A DNA stretch of 62,403 nucleotides, counting the filler. It is 6 parts of 6 records of this genome, joined end to end, with 100 filler letters (N's around TTAATTAATTAA, not from the genome) between each part and the next. Parts side by side here need not be neighbours in the genome. Positions count along the whole stretch, not along the records: positions 19,543 to 31,930 come from SRR2962707_2204; positions 32,031 to 38,883 come from SRR2962707_2212; 4 more parts are not named here. One strand, given 5' to 3'. Positions 23,799 through 32,208 of this stretch are shown here, piece by piece; within the stretch, counting starts at the first letter, position 1; each line of letters opens with the position of its first letter. The notes under the pieces are model-generated. The model searched no databases. It saw nothing but the letters and a program-made list of their open reading frames with translations, and was not told the origin of the DNA. The translations under genes and the position numbers were made by a program.

Positions 23799-25235
23799 AT
23801 GAGCGAAGTTCTCGGCGATTTCATCCGCGCGCTCCGGTCGGCCGATATCCGCGTTTCGACCTCGGAATCGATCGATGCCGGTAATGTCATCGATATCGTC
23901 GGCTTCGACGACCGGCAGACGCTGAAGGATGCACTCTCGCAGGTACTCGCGAAAAGCGACGACGAGAAGCACGCCTTCGCGGAGACCTTCGACACGTATT
24001 TCTCCTTCGAGCAGTTCAAGGAACGTCCTTCCGCCGCGAATGAAAACGGCGAGAGCGAGGGCCAAGAGAGCGAGGAAGACGGCGGCGAAGGCGAGGACGG
24101 CGATCCCTCGCAATCGGGCAGCGCCTCGTCTCCGGGCGGCGGCGGCATGAGCGGTGAGCCGCAGGGCGAGCCTTCACCGGCCAACATGGATCTGGCCGGA
24201 CTTCTCGAACGCGGCGATCAGGCGGAGCTTCAGATGGCGCTCGCCGAAGGTGCGCGGCAGGCGCGGCTCAACCGCATCCGGCTTTTCACCCAGCGCGGCA
24301 TGTTCACGCGCCGCATCATGGAAAACATGGGCCTCGACGGTCTCAACGAAGAAATCGAGCGCCGCGAGACTTCCGGCAATGCGCAGGGAGCCGAACGTCT
24401 GGCGCAGGCACGCGAGGAATTGCGCGGCCAGGTTCGCGACTATGTCGAGAAACAGCTTGAAATCTTCACCGCGAATTCCGGGCGCCAGCTTCGCGAGGAA
24501 GTTCTCGCGCAGATGCGCCTGTCCAATGTCGACCGTTCCGACATGAAGATCATGCGTGAACTTGTGCGCAAGATGGCGAAGCGTCTGATCGCGCTTCATT
24601 CGCGCCGCAAGAAAGTCGCGCGGCGCGGCACGCTCGATATCCGCCGCACCATCCGCGCCAACATCGAATTTGACGGCCTCCTCTTCCACACGGTCTGGAA
24701 GAAGACGAAAGTCGACCGGCCGAAGGTCATGGCGGTCTGCGACGTGTCTGGTTCCGTCGCGCAGGTTTCGCGCTTCCTGCTGATGTTCCTCTACAGCCTT
24801 CAGGAAGTGCTGCCCGCCGTTCGCAGCTTCGCCTTTTCCGGTCATCTCGGCGAGACGACGGATCTCTTCAAGCGGGAGAAGCTCGAAGAGGCGCTGGTCG
24901 AGGTGCTGCGCGACTTCGGCGGCGGCTCCACGGACTATGGTCAGGCGTTAATGGATTTCGAGGAGCTGGCGCTCGACGATATCGACCATCGCACCACCAT
25001 CCTCATTCTCGGCGATGCGCGCTCCAACTACGGCGATCCGCGCGGCGACATCCTGAAGAAAATCCATGCCCGCGCGCGCCGCGTCATCTGGCTCAACCCG
25101 GAGCCGCGCACGATGTGGAACTCGGGCGACAGCGAGATGCGCCGCCTCTCCCCCTATTGCGACAAGGCCGTCACCTGCGCCTCGCTCAAGGACCTCGAGC
25201 GTGTCGTCTCCGAGCTTCTCCGCAGCGCCGTCTAG
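23799..25235 (+). CDS. VWA-domain protein, CoxE-like partner of the MoxR ATPase
   Basis: MIDAS DVSGS, GGGSTDYG, ILGDARSN and WLNPEP, plus an acidic Gly-rich linker. It starts 8 nt after the MoxR stop. Confidence 0.9.
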   Translation: MSEVLGDFIRALRSADIRVSTSESIDAGNVIDIVGFDDRQTLKDALSQVLAKSDDEKHAFAETFDTYFSFEQFKERPSAANENGESEGQESEEDGGEGEDGDPSQSGSASSPGGGGMSGEPQGEPSPANMDLAGLLERGDQAELQMALAEGARQARLNRIRLFTQRGMFTRRIMENMGLDGLNEEIERRETSGNAQGAERLAQAREELRGQVRDYVEKQLEIFTANSGRQLREEVLAQMRLSNVDRSDMKIMRELVRKMAKRLIALHSRRKKVARRGTLDIRRTIRANIEFDGLLFHTVWKKTKVDRPKVMAVCDVSGSVAQVSRFLLMFLYSLQEVLPAVRSFAFSGHLGETTDLFKREKLEEALVEVLRDFGGGSTDYGQALMDFEELALDDIDHRTTILILGDARSNYGDPRGDILKKIHARARRVIWLNPEPRTMWNSGDSEMRRLSPYCDKAVTCASLKDLERVVSELLRSAV

Positions 25236-25499
25236 GTTCCCCGCCGCTGCATTGCGGGAAGTCTTTTCATAACGAAGTGCGCCGGCGCGTCTCGTGTGAC
25301 GTTGCCTTGTCGTTTCTGCGACAGGGCCTGTCCCACCTAGGCAAATGCCTTTGCTCCCGTTAAACTTTGTCCCATTCTGGGGCGGGCTTCCCGGAAGCCT
25401 GCGGGCATGTTGTCTGCAACGACGTGATGAAACAGGGCCCTGAGCGGTACGTTATGTGCCAAATCGGGTCATTTGCTTGCGTTGAGTATTGGGGGCGAA

Positions 25500-26522
25500 A
25501 TGGCGGCGCGCGCCAGCGCAACACCGGAAAGAGAAAACGGGCGGCGCGTTGCGCTTTTGCTTTCGTTTGTCCTTCCGCTTGTTCTGTTCTGCTGGGCGAG
25601 CGCCCAGGCAGAGCCGATGAGGCTTGCGCCGCCCTCCCTCGAGAACGTCGCGCTCACGCGGGACGTGCCGGAAGAACAGAAGGCAACGGAGGCGACAGCA
25701 GCGCCCGCGCCCATGGTCCAGCCGCAGATCGCGAAGCGCGAGCGCTACAATGTGGTGGTGCTGGGCGACTCGCTCGGCGACGGCATGTGGGCCGGCCTCT
25801 ATCACGTGCTCCGCACGGACAAGCGTTTCAACGTCATCAAGAAGTCCAAAGTGGCGACGGGCTTCTCGCGTCATGACTATTACGACTGGAACCAGGCGGT
25901 GCGCGAGATCGCGACGGAAACGCGCATCGACATCGCGGTCGTCGTGATGGGCACCAACGACCGTCAGGCCATCGTCGAAAACGGTCAGCGTTATGCGCTT
26001 TTCGACGACACCTGGCGCGAGGTCTACAAGCAGCGCGTCGACGATTTCACGGCGACGCTGAAAGGTACTGGCGCGCAGATTTACTGGCTCGAACTTCCGG
26101 TCATGCGCAGTCCGCGCTTCGGTGGCGACATGGAGCAGTTCAACGAAATCTTCGAAGAGCGTGCGCGGTTCAACAACGTCACTTTCGTCGGGACGGATGG
26201 CCTCGCCGCGGGCGCCGATGGCGGCTACACCGCCTATGGGGCCGACCGCTCCGGCCGCACGCGCCTCTTGCGCGCGGAAGACGGCATCCACTTCACCATG
26301 GCGGGATACGAACTTCTCGGCGAGCGCGTCGCGGATGCAATGCTGGCCGATTTCGATAGCAGCGCGCCGGTCGCTGTTGCTGCCCCCGGCATCCCGGAAC
26401 CCGTTATGCTGAAGGGCAGCGAGACCCCCGGTGGAGAGCCAGAAAAGGCTGCAAGCTATGACATGGCGGACAGGCGCCCCGGCCGGTCGGATGACTGGCT
26501 CTGGCTCGGCGCCACCAACTGA
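25500..26522 (+). CDS. DUF459 / SGNH-family periplasmic protein, PatB-like O-acetyltransferase
   Basis: N-terminal hydrophobic or signal segment. SGNH blocks VLGDSL, MGTNDRQ and DGIHFT. ATG at 25500 follows GGGGG. Confidence 0.8.
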   Translation: MAARASATPERENGRRVALLLSFVLPLVLFCWASAQAEPMRLAPPSLENVALTRDVPEEQKATEATAAPAPMVQPQIAKRERYNVVVLGDSLGDGMWAGLYHVLRTDKRFNVIKKSKVATGFSRHDYYDWNQAVREIATETRIDIAVVVMGTNDRQAIVENGQRYALFDDTWREVYKQRVDDFTATLKGTGAQIYWLELPVMRSPRFGGDMEQFNEIFEERARFNNVTFVGTDGLAAGADGGYTAYGADRSGRTRLLRAEDGIHFTMAGYELLGERVADAMLADFDSSAPVAVAAPGIPEPVMLKGSETPGGEPEKAASYDMADRRPGRSDDWLWLGATN

Positions 26523-26535
26523 GCCACGGCGCACC

Positions 26536-27765
26536 ATGCGCCGTCTCTTCCTTCTCGCCGCGCCGATCGTTTCCGCCGTTCTCTCCTTCACGCCCGCACG
26601 CGCGGCCGATTGCGGCCCGACAGCGGTTCCGGCGGGACTCCAACATTTTCATGATGCGATAAATGCGATCGATGCGGGTGAGCGTTCGCGGCCGCTCACC
26701 GTGCTGCATCTCGGCGACAGCCACATTTCTCTCGATACTTTCACGCGCGGCCTTCGCGAACGCTGGCAGGCGCGGTTCGGCGACGCGGGCCGGGGGCTCA
26801 TGCCCGGCGTTCCCTTCCGTTACTACGCGCCGGACGGCTACGGCGTTGCGATGGAGGGTGCGTGGGAGGTTGCGTCGAGCCTTCCGGCGAATGCGTCCGG
26901 CCCCTTCGGCATTCAGGGCTTCCGGGTGAGCAGCGGCGACGCGCGTGCCGTCGTCACGCTCAAATCGGAAGCCCCTGTTTCCTCCGTCGTGATCGAGGCT
27001 TATGGCGGGCCGGAGACGGGTGCGCTCCTGCTGAAGCTCGGCGATGCAGCGGCGCTCAAACTGCCGACGCGGCAGGCAGTGGCGGGGCTCGTCCGCTTTC
27101 GTATCCCGGCAGCGGGTGTCCACGACGTTCGCCTTGCACCGGCAGGCACGGGAACCGTTCGCCTCCTCGGATGGGCGATCCTGTCTCCGGCGGCGCCGGG
27201 CGTGCGCTACGACAGCCATGGCGTCGTCGCCGCCACAGCATCGATTACCACACGATGGGACGAAGACGCGGTTCGTGCGCAGGTTGCCGCGATGAAGCCC
27301 GATCTCGTTATTCTCGGTTACGGCACCAATGAGGGCTTCAACAACGGTCTCGACATCGCGGCCTATCGCCAGATGGTTGCAGGCTTCATCGGCCTCGTCG
27401 CGGCGGCGGCTCCCGATGCTTCACTGGCGCTGCTCGGGCCGTTCGACGGTGCGCGGCAGGGAACGGGTGAGGCGTGTGGCGGCGGCTGGGCGACACCGCC
27501 GAAGCTCGATGCGGTGCGCAGCACCCTCAAAAGCCTTGCGGCGGAGCGCGGCGCGTTCTTCTGGGATGGCGGCGCGGCTATGGGTGGGCGCTGCTCGGCT
27601 GACAAATGGGCGCGGGCCGAGCCGCCGCTCATGTATGCGGACAGGGTTCACCTTCGCGCGGCCGGGGCGGAGCGGCTCGCGGCCCGCTTGTGGAACTCAT
27701 TGATGGGGCTTGAAGAAACAGCTGCGAAAAGCGGTGCGTGTCACACCGATGACGCGCCGGATTAA
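26536..27765 (+). CDS. Secreted SGNH/GDSL hydrolase, Ape1-like O-acetylesterase
   Basis: Signal peptide MRRLFLLAAP...ARA. Motifs HLGDSH, GYGTNE and DRVH, with a beta-rich insertion between blocks I and II. Confidence 0.8.
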   Translation: MRRLFLLAAPIVSAVLSFTPARAADCGPTAVPAGLQHFHDAINAIDAGERSRPLTVLHLGDSHISLDTFTRGLRERWQARFGDAGRGLMPGVPFRYYAPDGYGVAMEGAWEVASSLPANASGPFGIQGFRVSSGDARAVVTLKSEAPVSSVVIEAYGGPETGALLLKLGDAAALKLPTRQAVAGLVRFRIPAAGVHDVRLAPAGTGTVRLLGWAILSPAAPGVRYDSHGVVAATASITTRWDEDAVRAQVAAMKPDLVILGYGTNEGFNNGLDIAAYRQMVAGFIGLVAAAAPDASLALLGPFDGARQGTGEACGGGWATPPKLDAVRSTLKSLAAERGAFFWDGGAAMGGRCSADKWARAEPPLMYADRVHLRAAGAERLAARLWNSLMGLEETAAKSGACHTDDAPD

Positions 27766-27894
27766 CCATGAAGACAGGCAGAGATTGAGCTTTTCGGCCT
27801 CAGCGGGGATGATGCATCAAAGCCGTCATGCCCCCCTGATGGCTAGTGTAGGCGACATGCGCGTGCGTGATGCGCGTGCGGGTATCGGGGCGGC

Positions 27895-29346
27895 ATGCTT
27901 TTTCCGACTATCGAGTTCGGGATATTTTTTCTGATCGTGTTCGCGGTCAGTTGGGCCGTGCGCGGTGCGCCGGAGCTGCGCAAGCTTGTGCTGCTCGGTG
28001 CGAGCTACTTCTTCTATGGCTGGTGGGACTGGCGCTTTCTTGGCCTGCTTTTCCTCTCGACGCTCATCAACTATCTCGCAGGCCTCGCGGTCGCGCATAC
28101 GCAACGCGAAGGCATGCGGAAGTTCATTGTCGGCCTCGCCGTCATTGCCGGGCTTTCGATCCTCGGCTTCTTCAAATACTACGGCTTCTTCCTCACCTCG
28201 TTTGCGACGCTTCTCGAAGTCGCGGGGCTGGAGCGCGACCTGCCGTTCATGCAGGTGATCCTGCCGGTCGGCATTTCCTTCTTCACCTTCCAGGGCATTT
28301 CCTATGTGGTCGATGTCTATCGCGGCCATGCGACGGTGGAGAAGTCGCTCGTCAATGTGATGCTCTATATCTCCTTCTTCCCGCAGCTCGTGGCCGGCCC
28401 GATCGTGCGCGCGGCGGATTTCCTGCCGCAGCTTCACCGCGCGCCCGTTCTCACGCGCGCGCATATCGGTGTCGGCACCGTGCTGATCCTGTCCGGCCTC
28501 GCCAAGAAGATGGTGATTGCGAACTACCTCGCGACCGAGCTTGTCGATCCCGTCTTCTTCGACCCCACAGCCGTCGGCGCGGCCGATCTCCTGATCGGCA
28601 TTTACGGTTATGCCATCCAGATCTATTGTGACTTCTCCGGCTATAGCGACATTGCCATCGGCGTTGCGGCGCTGCTCGGCTACCGCTTTCTCGAAAACTT
28701 CAATCAGCCTTATCGCGCGTCCAGCCTGCAGGATTTCTGGCGGCGCTGGCACATTTCGCTTTCGACCTGGCTTCGCGACTATCTCTATGTTCCGCTGGGC
28801 GGCAACAGGTACGGAGAAGCGAAGACCTATCGCAATCTGTTCCTCACCATGTTCCTCGGTGGCATCTGGCACGGCGCCGCATGGACCTTCGTTTTCTGGG
28901 GCGTGTTCCACGGCGGCATGCTGGCGATTGAGCGTTATGCGCGCAAGAAGATCGACGAGTTCGCGCCGTCGCACAGCGATCCGGGCGGCGTCCTGACCGC
29001 GCTTGGTAATGGCGCACAACACATCGTCGGCGTCGTGTGGACGTTTCATTTCGTCTGCTTCGCGTGGATATTCTTTCGCGCCGACAGTTTCGCGACGGCG
29101 GGCAGCTATCTCGCCGGGTTCGGCCGCTGGTCGGAACCGAGCCAGTATGTCACGCCCTTTGCCGTCGGCCTGATTCTTCTCGCCATGTTCTTCCAGTTCA
29201 CGCCGCGCAATCTCGGGCGGTGGCTCGCGCAAGGCATACAATGGCTACCGTCGCCCGTGCTCGGTTTGCTGCTTGGCGGGGGCATCTGGCTCATCTGGGC
29301 AATCGCGCCCGAGGGCGTTGCGCCCTTTATCTACTTCCAGTTCTGA
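27895..29346 (+). CDS. MBOAT O-acyltransferase, AlgI/DltB/PatA family
   Basis: LPVGISFFTFQ, FFPQLVAGPI, YCDFSGYSDIAIG, ENFNQPY, FWRRWHISLS, catalytic GIWHGA and C-terminal PFIYFQF. Confidence 0.95.
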   Translation: MLFPTIEFGIFFLIVFAVSWAVRGAPELRKLVLLGASYFFYGWWDWRFLGLLFLSTLINYLAGLAVAHTQREGMRKFIVGLAVIAGLSILGFFKYYGFFLTSFATLLEVAGLERDLPFMQVILPVGISFFTFQGISYVVDVYRGHATVEKSLVNVMLYISFFPQLVAGPIVRAADFLPQLHRAPVLTRAHIGVGTVLILSGLAKKMVIANYLATELVDPVFFDPTAVGAADLLIGIYGYAIQIYCDFSGYSDIAIGVAALLGYRFLENFNQPYRASSLQDFWRRWHISLSTWLRDYLYVPLGGNRYGEAKTYRNLFLTMFLGGIWHGAAWTFVFWGVFHGGMLAIERYARKKIDEFAPSHSDPGGVLTALGNGAQHIVGVVWTFHFVCFAWIFFRADSFATAGSYLAGFGRWSEPSQYVTPFAVGLILLAMFFQFTPRNLGRWLAQGIQWLPSPVLGLLLGGGIWLIWAIAPEGVAPFIYFQF

Positions 29347-29354
29347 GGAAACCC

Positions 29355-29756
29355 ATGCTGGACCTGCTGCACGACGAATGGGACGAGGCGGAGTATCGCG
29401 AGGAGGACGCATCCCTGCGCGAGGCGCAGACGCGGCGTTCCGTCATGCGGATGTCGCTTGCGCTTGCCGTCGCTGCGGCTCTTCTTCTCGCCTTCAACAG
29501 CCAGAGCCTCGTCACCTGGGTCAACGGCTTCGACGTCGGCCCGGTGCAGGACACCGTGGTCTCGCTCGCGTCCGGCTGGAACGGGCAGATGGAAGAGGGC
29601 GGGCTCGACCTTCCGGCGAAGACCGTCCGTGGCGAGGTCAACGAGGCGCGCAGCATGGATTGGCCGGAAGTTCGCCGCTGGCTGGAAGATGAAAGCGCCC
29701 GCTCGCGCGAGGGCGCCCGTCTTCTGCGCGGCATGCTGAGCGAAGGCCGCGGCTAG
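29355..29756 (+). CDS. Hypothetical 133-aa single-pass membrane protein in the MBOAT operon
   Basis: ATG lies 8 nt after the MBOAT stop, with a GAGGA RBS overlapping that stop. It has an acidic N-terminus, one hydrophobic helix (MSLALAVAAALLLAF) and a Trp-containing helical C-terminal part. Confidence 0.75.
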   Translation: MLDLLHDEWDEAEYREEDASLREAQTRRSVMRMSLALAVAAALLLAFNSQSLVTWVNGFDVGPVQDTVVSLASGWNGQMEEGGLDLPAKTVRGEVNEARSMDWPEVRRWLEDESARSREGARLLRGMLSEGRG

Positions 29757-30748
29757 GCGGCGGCGCGCAGTTGCTCGACCAGATCGGCCGGATAAATGCT
29801 CGCGAAGGTCTCAATGCCGTGTTGCGCGCGAATGTCCGCGATTGGCCGATGCCATTCCTTCTCCCACTCGATTGCCATGAAGGAAGGCGTCATGCGTCCA
29901 TGCTGCCAGCCTTCGACAATCAGTTGCATGATCAGGGAGAAGGCCTCGGGCGCATTGAAGAGCGTTGAAGTTGCCGCCGTCGCGATCAGCATGCCAGAAT
30001 AATTGTGATCGAACTGCGCGAGCGAAAAGGCAGAGATGCCCACTTCCTGAAGCGCCGTCGTGCGGTAGCCCGCCACCAGATGCCAGACATCGTGCATCTG
30101 CAGAATGCGGGTGTTGAGATAGCGCAGCGCAGGCGGCATGTCGCCGAGGCCGGTCTCCTCCCGGTCGAGCACTTCGAGATGGAAGTCGTTGTCCACGATC
30201 AGCCGGTAAAAGTCGTGACCCAGCGAGCCTTCGGGTTGTGCGCCGAGAAGGTCGAGGGTGAGCTTCGGCGGCAGGGCGCGGCTTTCGGCGTTCGCCGTAC
30301 CGGGGTGAGCGATGGCAGCTTCTTCCGCGCGGACTTGAAAGCTCGCCGGCAGGTTCGAAGCAAGGCCCGCGACCCGCGCGGTCACCTCTTCCCCGCTCAT
30401 ATTGTCTTCGCGATTGCCGATGAAATCCCAGAAGCCATCCCAGAAGGCTGCCTCAGGCCGTTCGGCCTCGCCGAGCCGCGCGAGCATCGCTGCCTGAGCA
30501 CGCGGCGTCCCCGGCAGGGTCGAGTTCTTGCCGAGCCAGCCTCGGGCGAGACCGTCCAGCACCGCCATGGAGGCGCCGGGGCTCACAAAGGCGATGTGGG
30601 CAATGGCCGCCGCCGCTTCCCGCATGGCAACCTGATCACCGTCCTTCGCTTTTGCGCCCAAGGCCTCGATTCCGGTGGGGGTTATGCCTCTCTCCCCGAA
30701 TTGCCCGGTCATCCGCTCGAACTCTTGCTGCTCCTCGGTTCGTTTCAT
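29753..30748 (-). CDS. Coq4-family protein with N-terminal extension
   Basis: LGAQPEGSLG, then HDVWH-x11-E (HDVWHLVAGYRTTALQE) and C-terminal WEKEWHRPIADIRAQHGI, all typical of the Coq4 family. Its stop overlaps the convergent gene's stop (CTAG). Confidence 0.8.
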   Translation of the reverse strand: MKRTEEQQEFERMTGQFGERGITPTGIEALGAKAKDGDQVAMREAAAAIAHIAFVSPGASMAVLDGLARGWLGKNSTLPGTPRAQAAMLARLGEAERPEAAFWDGFWDFIGNREDNMSGEEVTARVAGLASNLPASFQVRAEEAAIAHPGTANAESRALPPKLTLDLLGAQPEGSLGHDFYRLIVDNDFHLEVLDREETGLGDMPPALRYLNTRILQMHDVWHLVAGYRTTALQEVGISAFSLAQFDHNYSGMLIATAATSTLFNAPEAFSLIMQLIVEGWQHGRMTPSFMAIEWEKEWHRPIADIRAQHGIETFASIYPADLVEQLRAAA

Positions 30749-30807
30749 TCCTGCGCCCCGGTTTCATATGCGTTTCCAGAAGCATAAACACAAAACTGTA
30801 CCGAAGT

Positions 30808-31140
30808 CTAATTCGTTATCCAGCCGAGCAGCCACAGCGTGGCCATTCCGGCGGCAAGCGTCGCGACGACGCTTTTGGTGAGCCAGGCGACAAGCGCGGC
30901 GGCCGCCGCCGCGGCGAGCCTGGGATTGTCGATCCCGAAAGAGAGGTCGGTGCCCGGCCCCGTCCGCAGCACGGCGGGAACGATGATGGCGCTGAGGACG
31001 GCGGGGGGCAGGAAACGGAGCGCGCGCGTCATGCTTTCGGGCAGCGCGATGCGCCCGGCCAGTTCGATGAGGGAGAAGCGGAGCGCGAAAGTGCCCGCAC
31101 CGATTGCGAGAATGCAGAGCCAGATCGTTGTCTCGTTCAT
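30808..31140 (-). CDS. azlD: AzlD-family branched-chain amino acid transport protein
   Basis: 110-aa hydrophobic protein with GTFALRF and LRFLPPAVLSAII. It has a TGATG overlap with the upstream azlC. Confidence 0.85.
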   Translation of the reverse strand: MNETTIWLCILAIGAGTFALRFSLIELAGRIALPESMTRALRFLPPAVLSAIIVPAVLRTGPGTDLSFGIDNPRLAAAAAAALVAWLTKSVVATLAAGMATLWLLGWITN

Positions 31141-31859
31141 CAGCCTTGCGCCTTGTTTTTGCGGGAGAGGTATCTGTCGGAGAGAACGCCTGCCGCCACA
31201 CCGGAAAGCGCAGCCGCGAACAGGCCGAGGTTGAAGGGCAGGTTCCAGGCGAGGATCACCACCGCGCCGCCCGTCAGCGCGGCGGCGGCCATCGGCCGTT
31301 CGCGGATGCTCGGTATCAGAAGCGCGATGAAGCTCAGCGGCACGAAGAAATCGAGCGACCAGTTTGGCGGGATGCTATTGCCGAGGAAATATCCGGCAAT
31401 GGTCGCCGCCGTCCAGATGAACCACATCAGGCCGGCATTGCCCATGTAGAAGCGGAGCCGCGCCGCCTTGGTCATCTCCGGCCGCATATTGAAGCGCGTA
31501 ACGCTGAGCGCGTAGGACTGGTCGGTCATCAGATGGGCGATAAGCGCGCGCATCCAGATGCTGCGGCGCTCGAAATGCGGGGCGAGTGCCGCTCCGTACA
31601 TCGCGAAGCGCAGATTGATGACGAGGCCTGTCAGAATGACGACGAGGGCGGGCGCGGCATCGGCGATCAATTGAAGCGCCGCAATCTGCGACGCTCCTGC
31701 GAAGATCACCATGGACTGGCCGATGCCAGCGAAAGCGTCGAGCCCCGCTTCCGATGCAGCCACGCCCGCGATCATGCCGAAGGGGAGGACGCCGGGGATG
31801 AGCGGAAGCATGACGCTTATGCCGTCGATCCAGTCCTGCCGTGCCGGTGTTTCCGTCAT
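31140..31859 (-). CDS. azlC: AzlC-family permease (LIV-E)
   Basis: PFGMIAG, FAGASQ, INLRFAMYGAAL, MTDQSYA and LDFFVPLSFIALL. ATG taken at 31859. Confidence 0.9.
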   Translation of the reverse strand: MTETPARQDWIDGISVMLPLIPGVLPFGMIAGVAASEAGLDAFAGIGQSMVIFAGASQIAALQLIADAAPALVVILTGLVINLRFAMYGAALAPHFERRSIWMRALIAHLMTDQSYALSVTRFNMRPEMTKAARLRFYMGNAGLMWFIWTAATIAGYFLGNSIPPNWSLDFFVPLSFIALLIPSIRERPMAAAALTGGAVVILAWNLPFNLGLFAAALSGVAAGVLSDRYLSRKNKAQG

Positions 31860-31872
31860 TTCATCGTCCAAT

Positions 31873-31907
31873 AAAAAAGGCCCCCGTGGGTTTTTCACGG
31901 GGGCCTT
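31873..31907 (-). terminator. Intrinsic terminator (or attenuator) hairpin directly upstream of azlC
   Basis: Minus strand reads AAGGCCCCCGTG-AAAAACC-CACGGGGGCCTT-TTTTATT, a perfect 12-bp stem with a U tract. Confidence 0.85.
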
Positions 31908-31930
31908 GGTTCGAGTGCTGCGCCGTATCA

Positions 31931-32030
31931 NNNNNNNNNNNNNNNNNNNNNNNNNNNNNNNNNNNNNNNNNNNNTTAATTAATTAANNNNNNNNNNNNNN
32001 NNNNNNNNNNNNNNNNNNNNNNNNNNNNNN
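31931..32030. other. Artificial contig-joining spacer
   Basis: 44N-TTAATTAATTAA-44N. Confidence 0.99.
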
Positions 32031-32208
32031 CGTTTCTGATACACTTTTTGTGTGGTTCTGGCCGACGGGTTGCAGTAGCTTTTGCCCCATAATGTATTTC
32101 ACCAAAAAACAATCACCCTTGCCGGGTAAAGAATTGAAATACAAAATGTTTCCCGGACGGGAACAGGCCTCTCAGGGTGGTGGGTGAAACCTGCCCCGAC
32201 TTGGAAGT

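Noticed and set aside
27826-29241. 471-aa minus-strand ORF overlapping the MBOAT
   Set aside because: Antisense shadow with no recognisable motifs.
29037-29354. N-terminal 106 codons of the 239-aa ORF
   Set aside because: It overlaps the MBOAT in another frame. The plausible start is ATG 29355 with an RBS.
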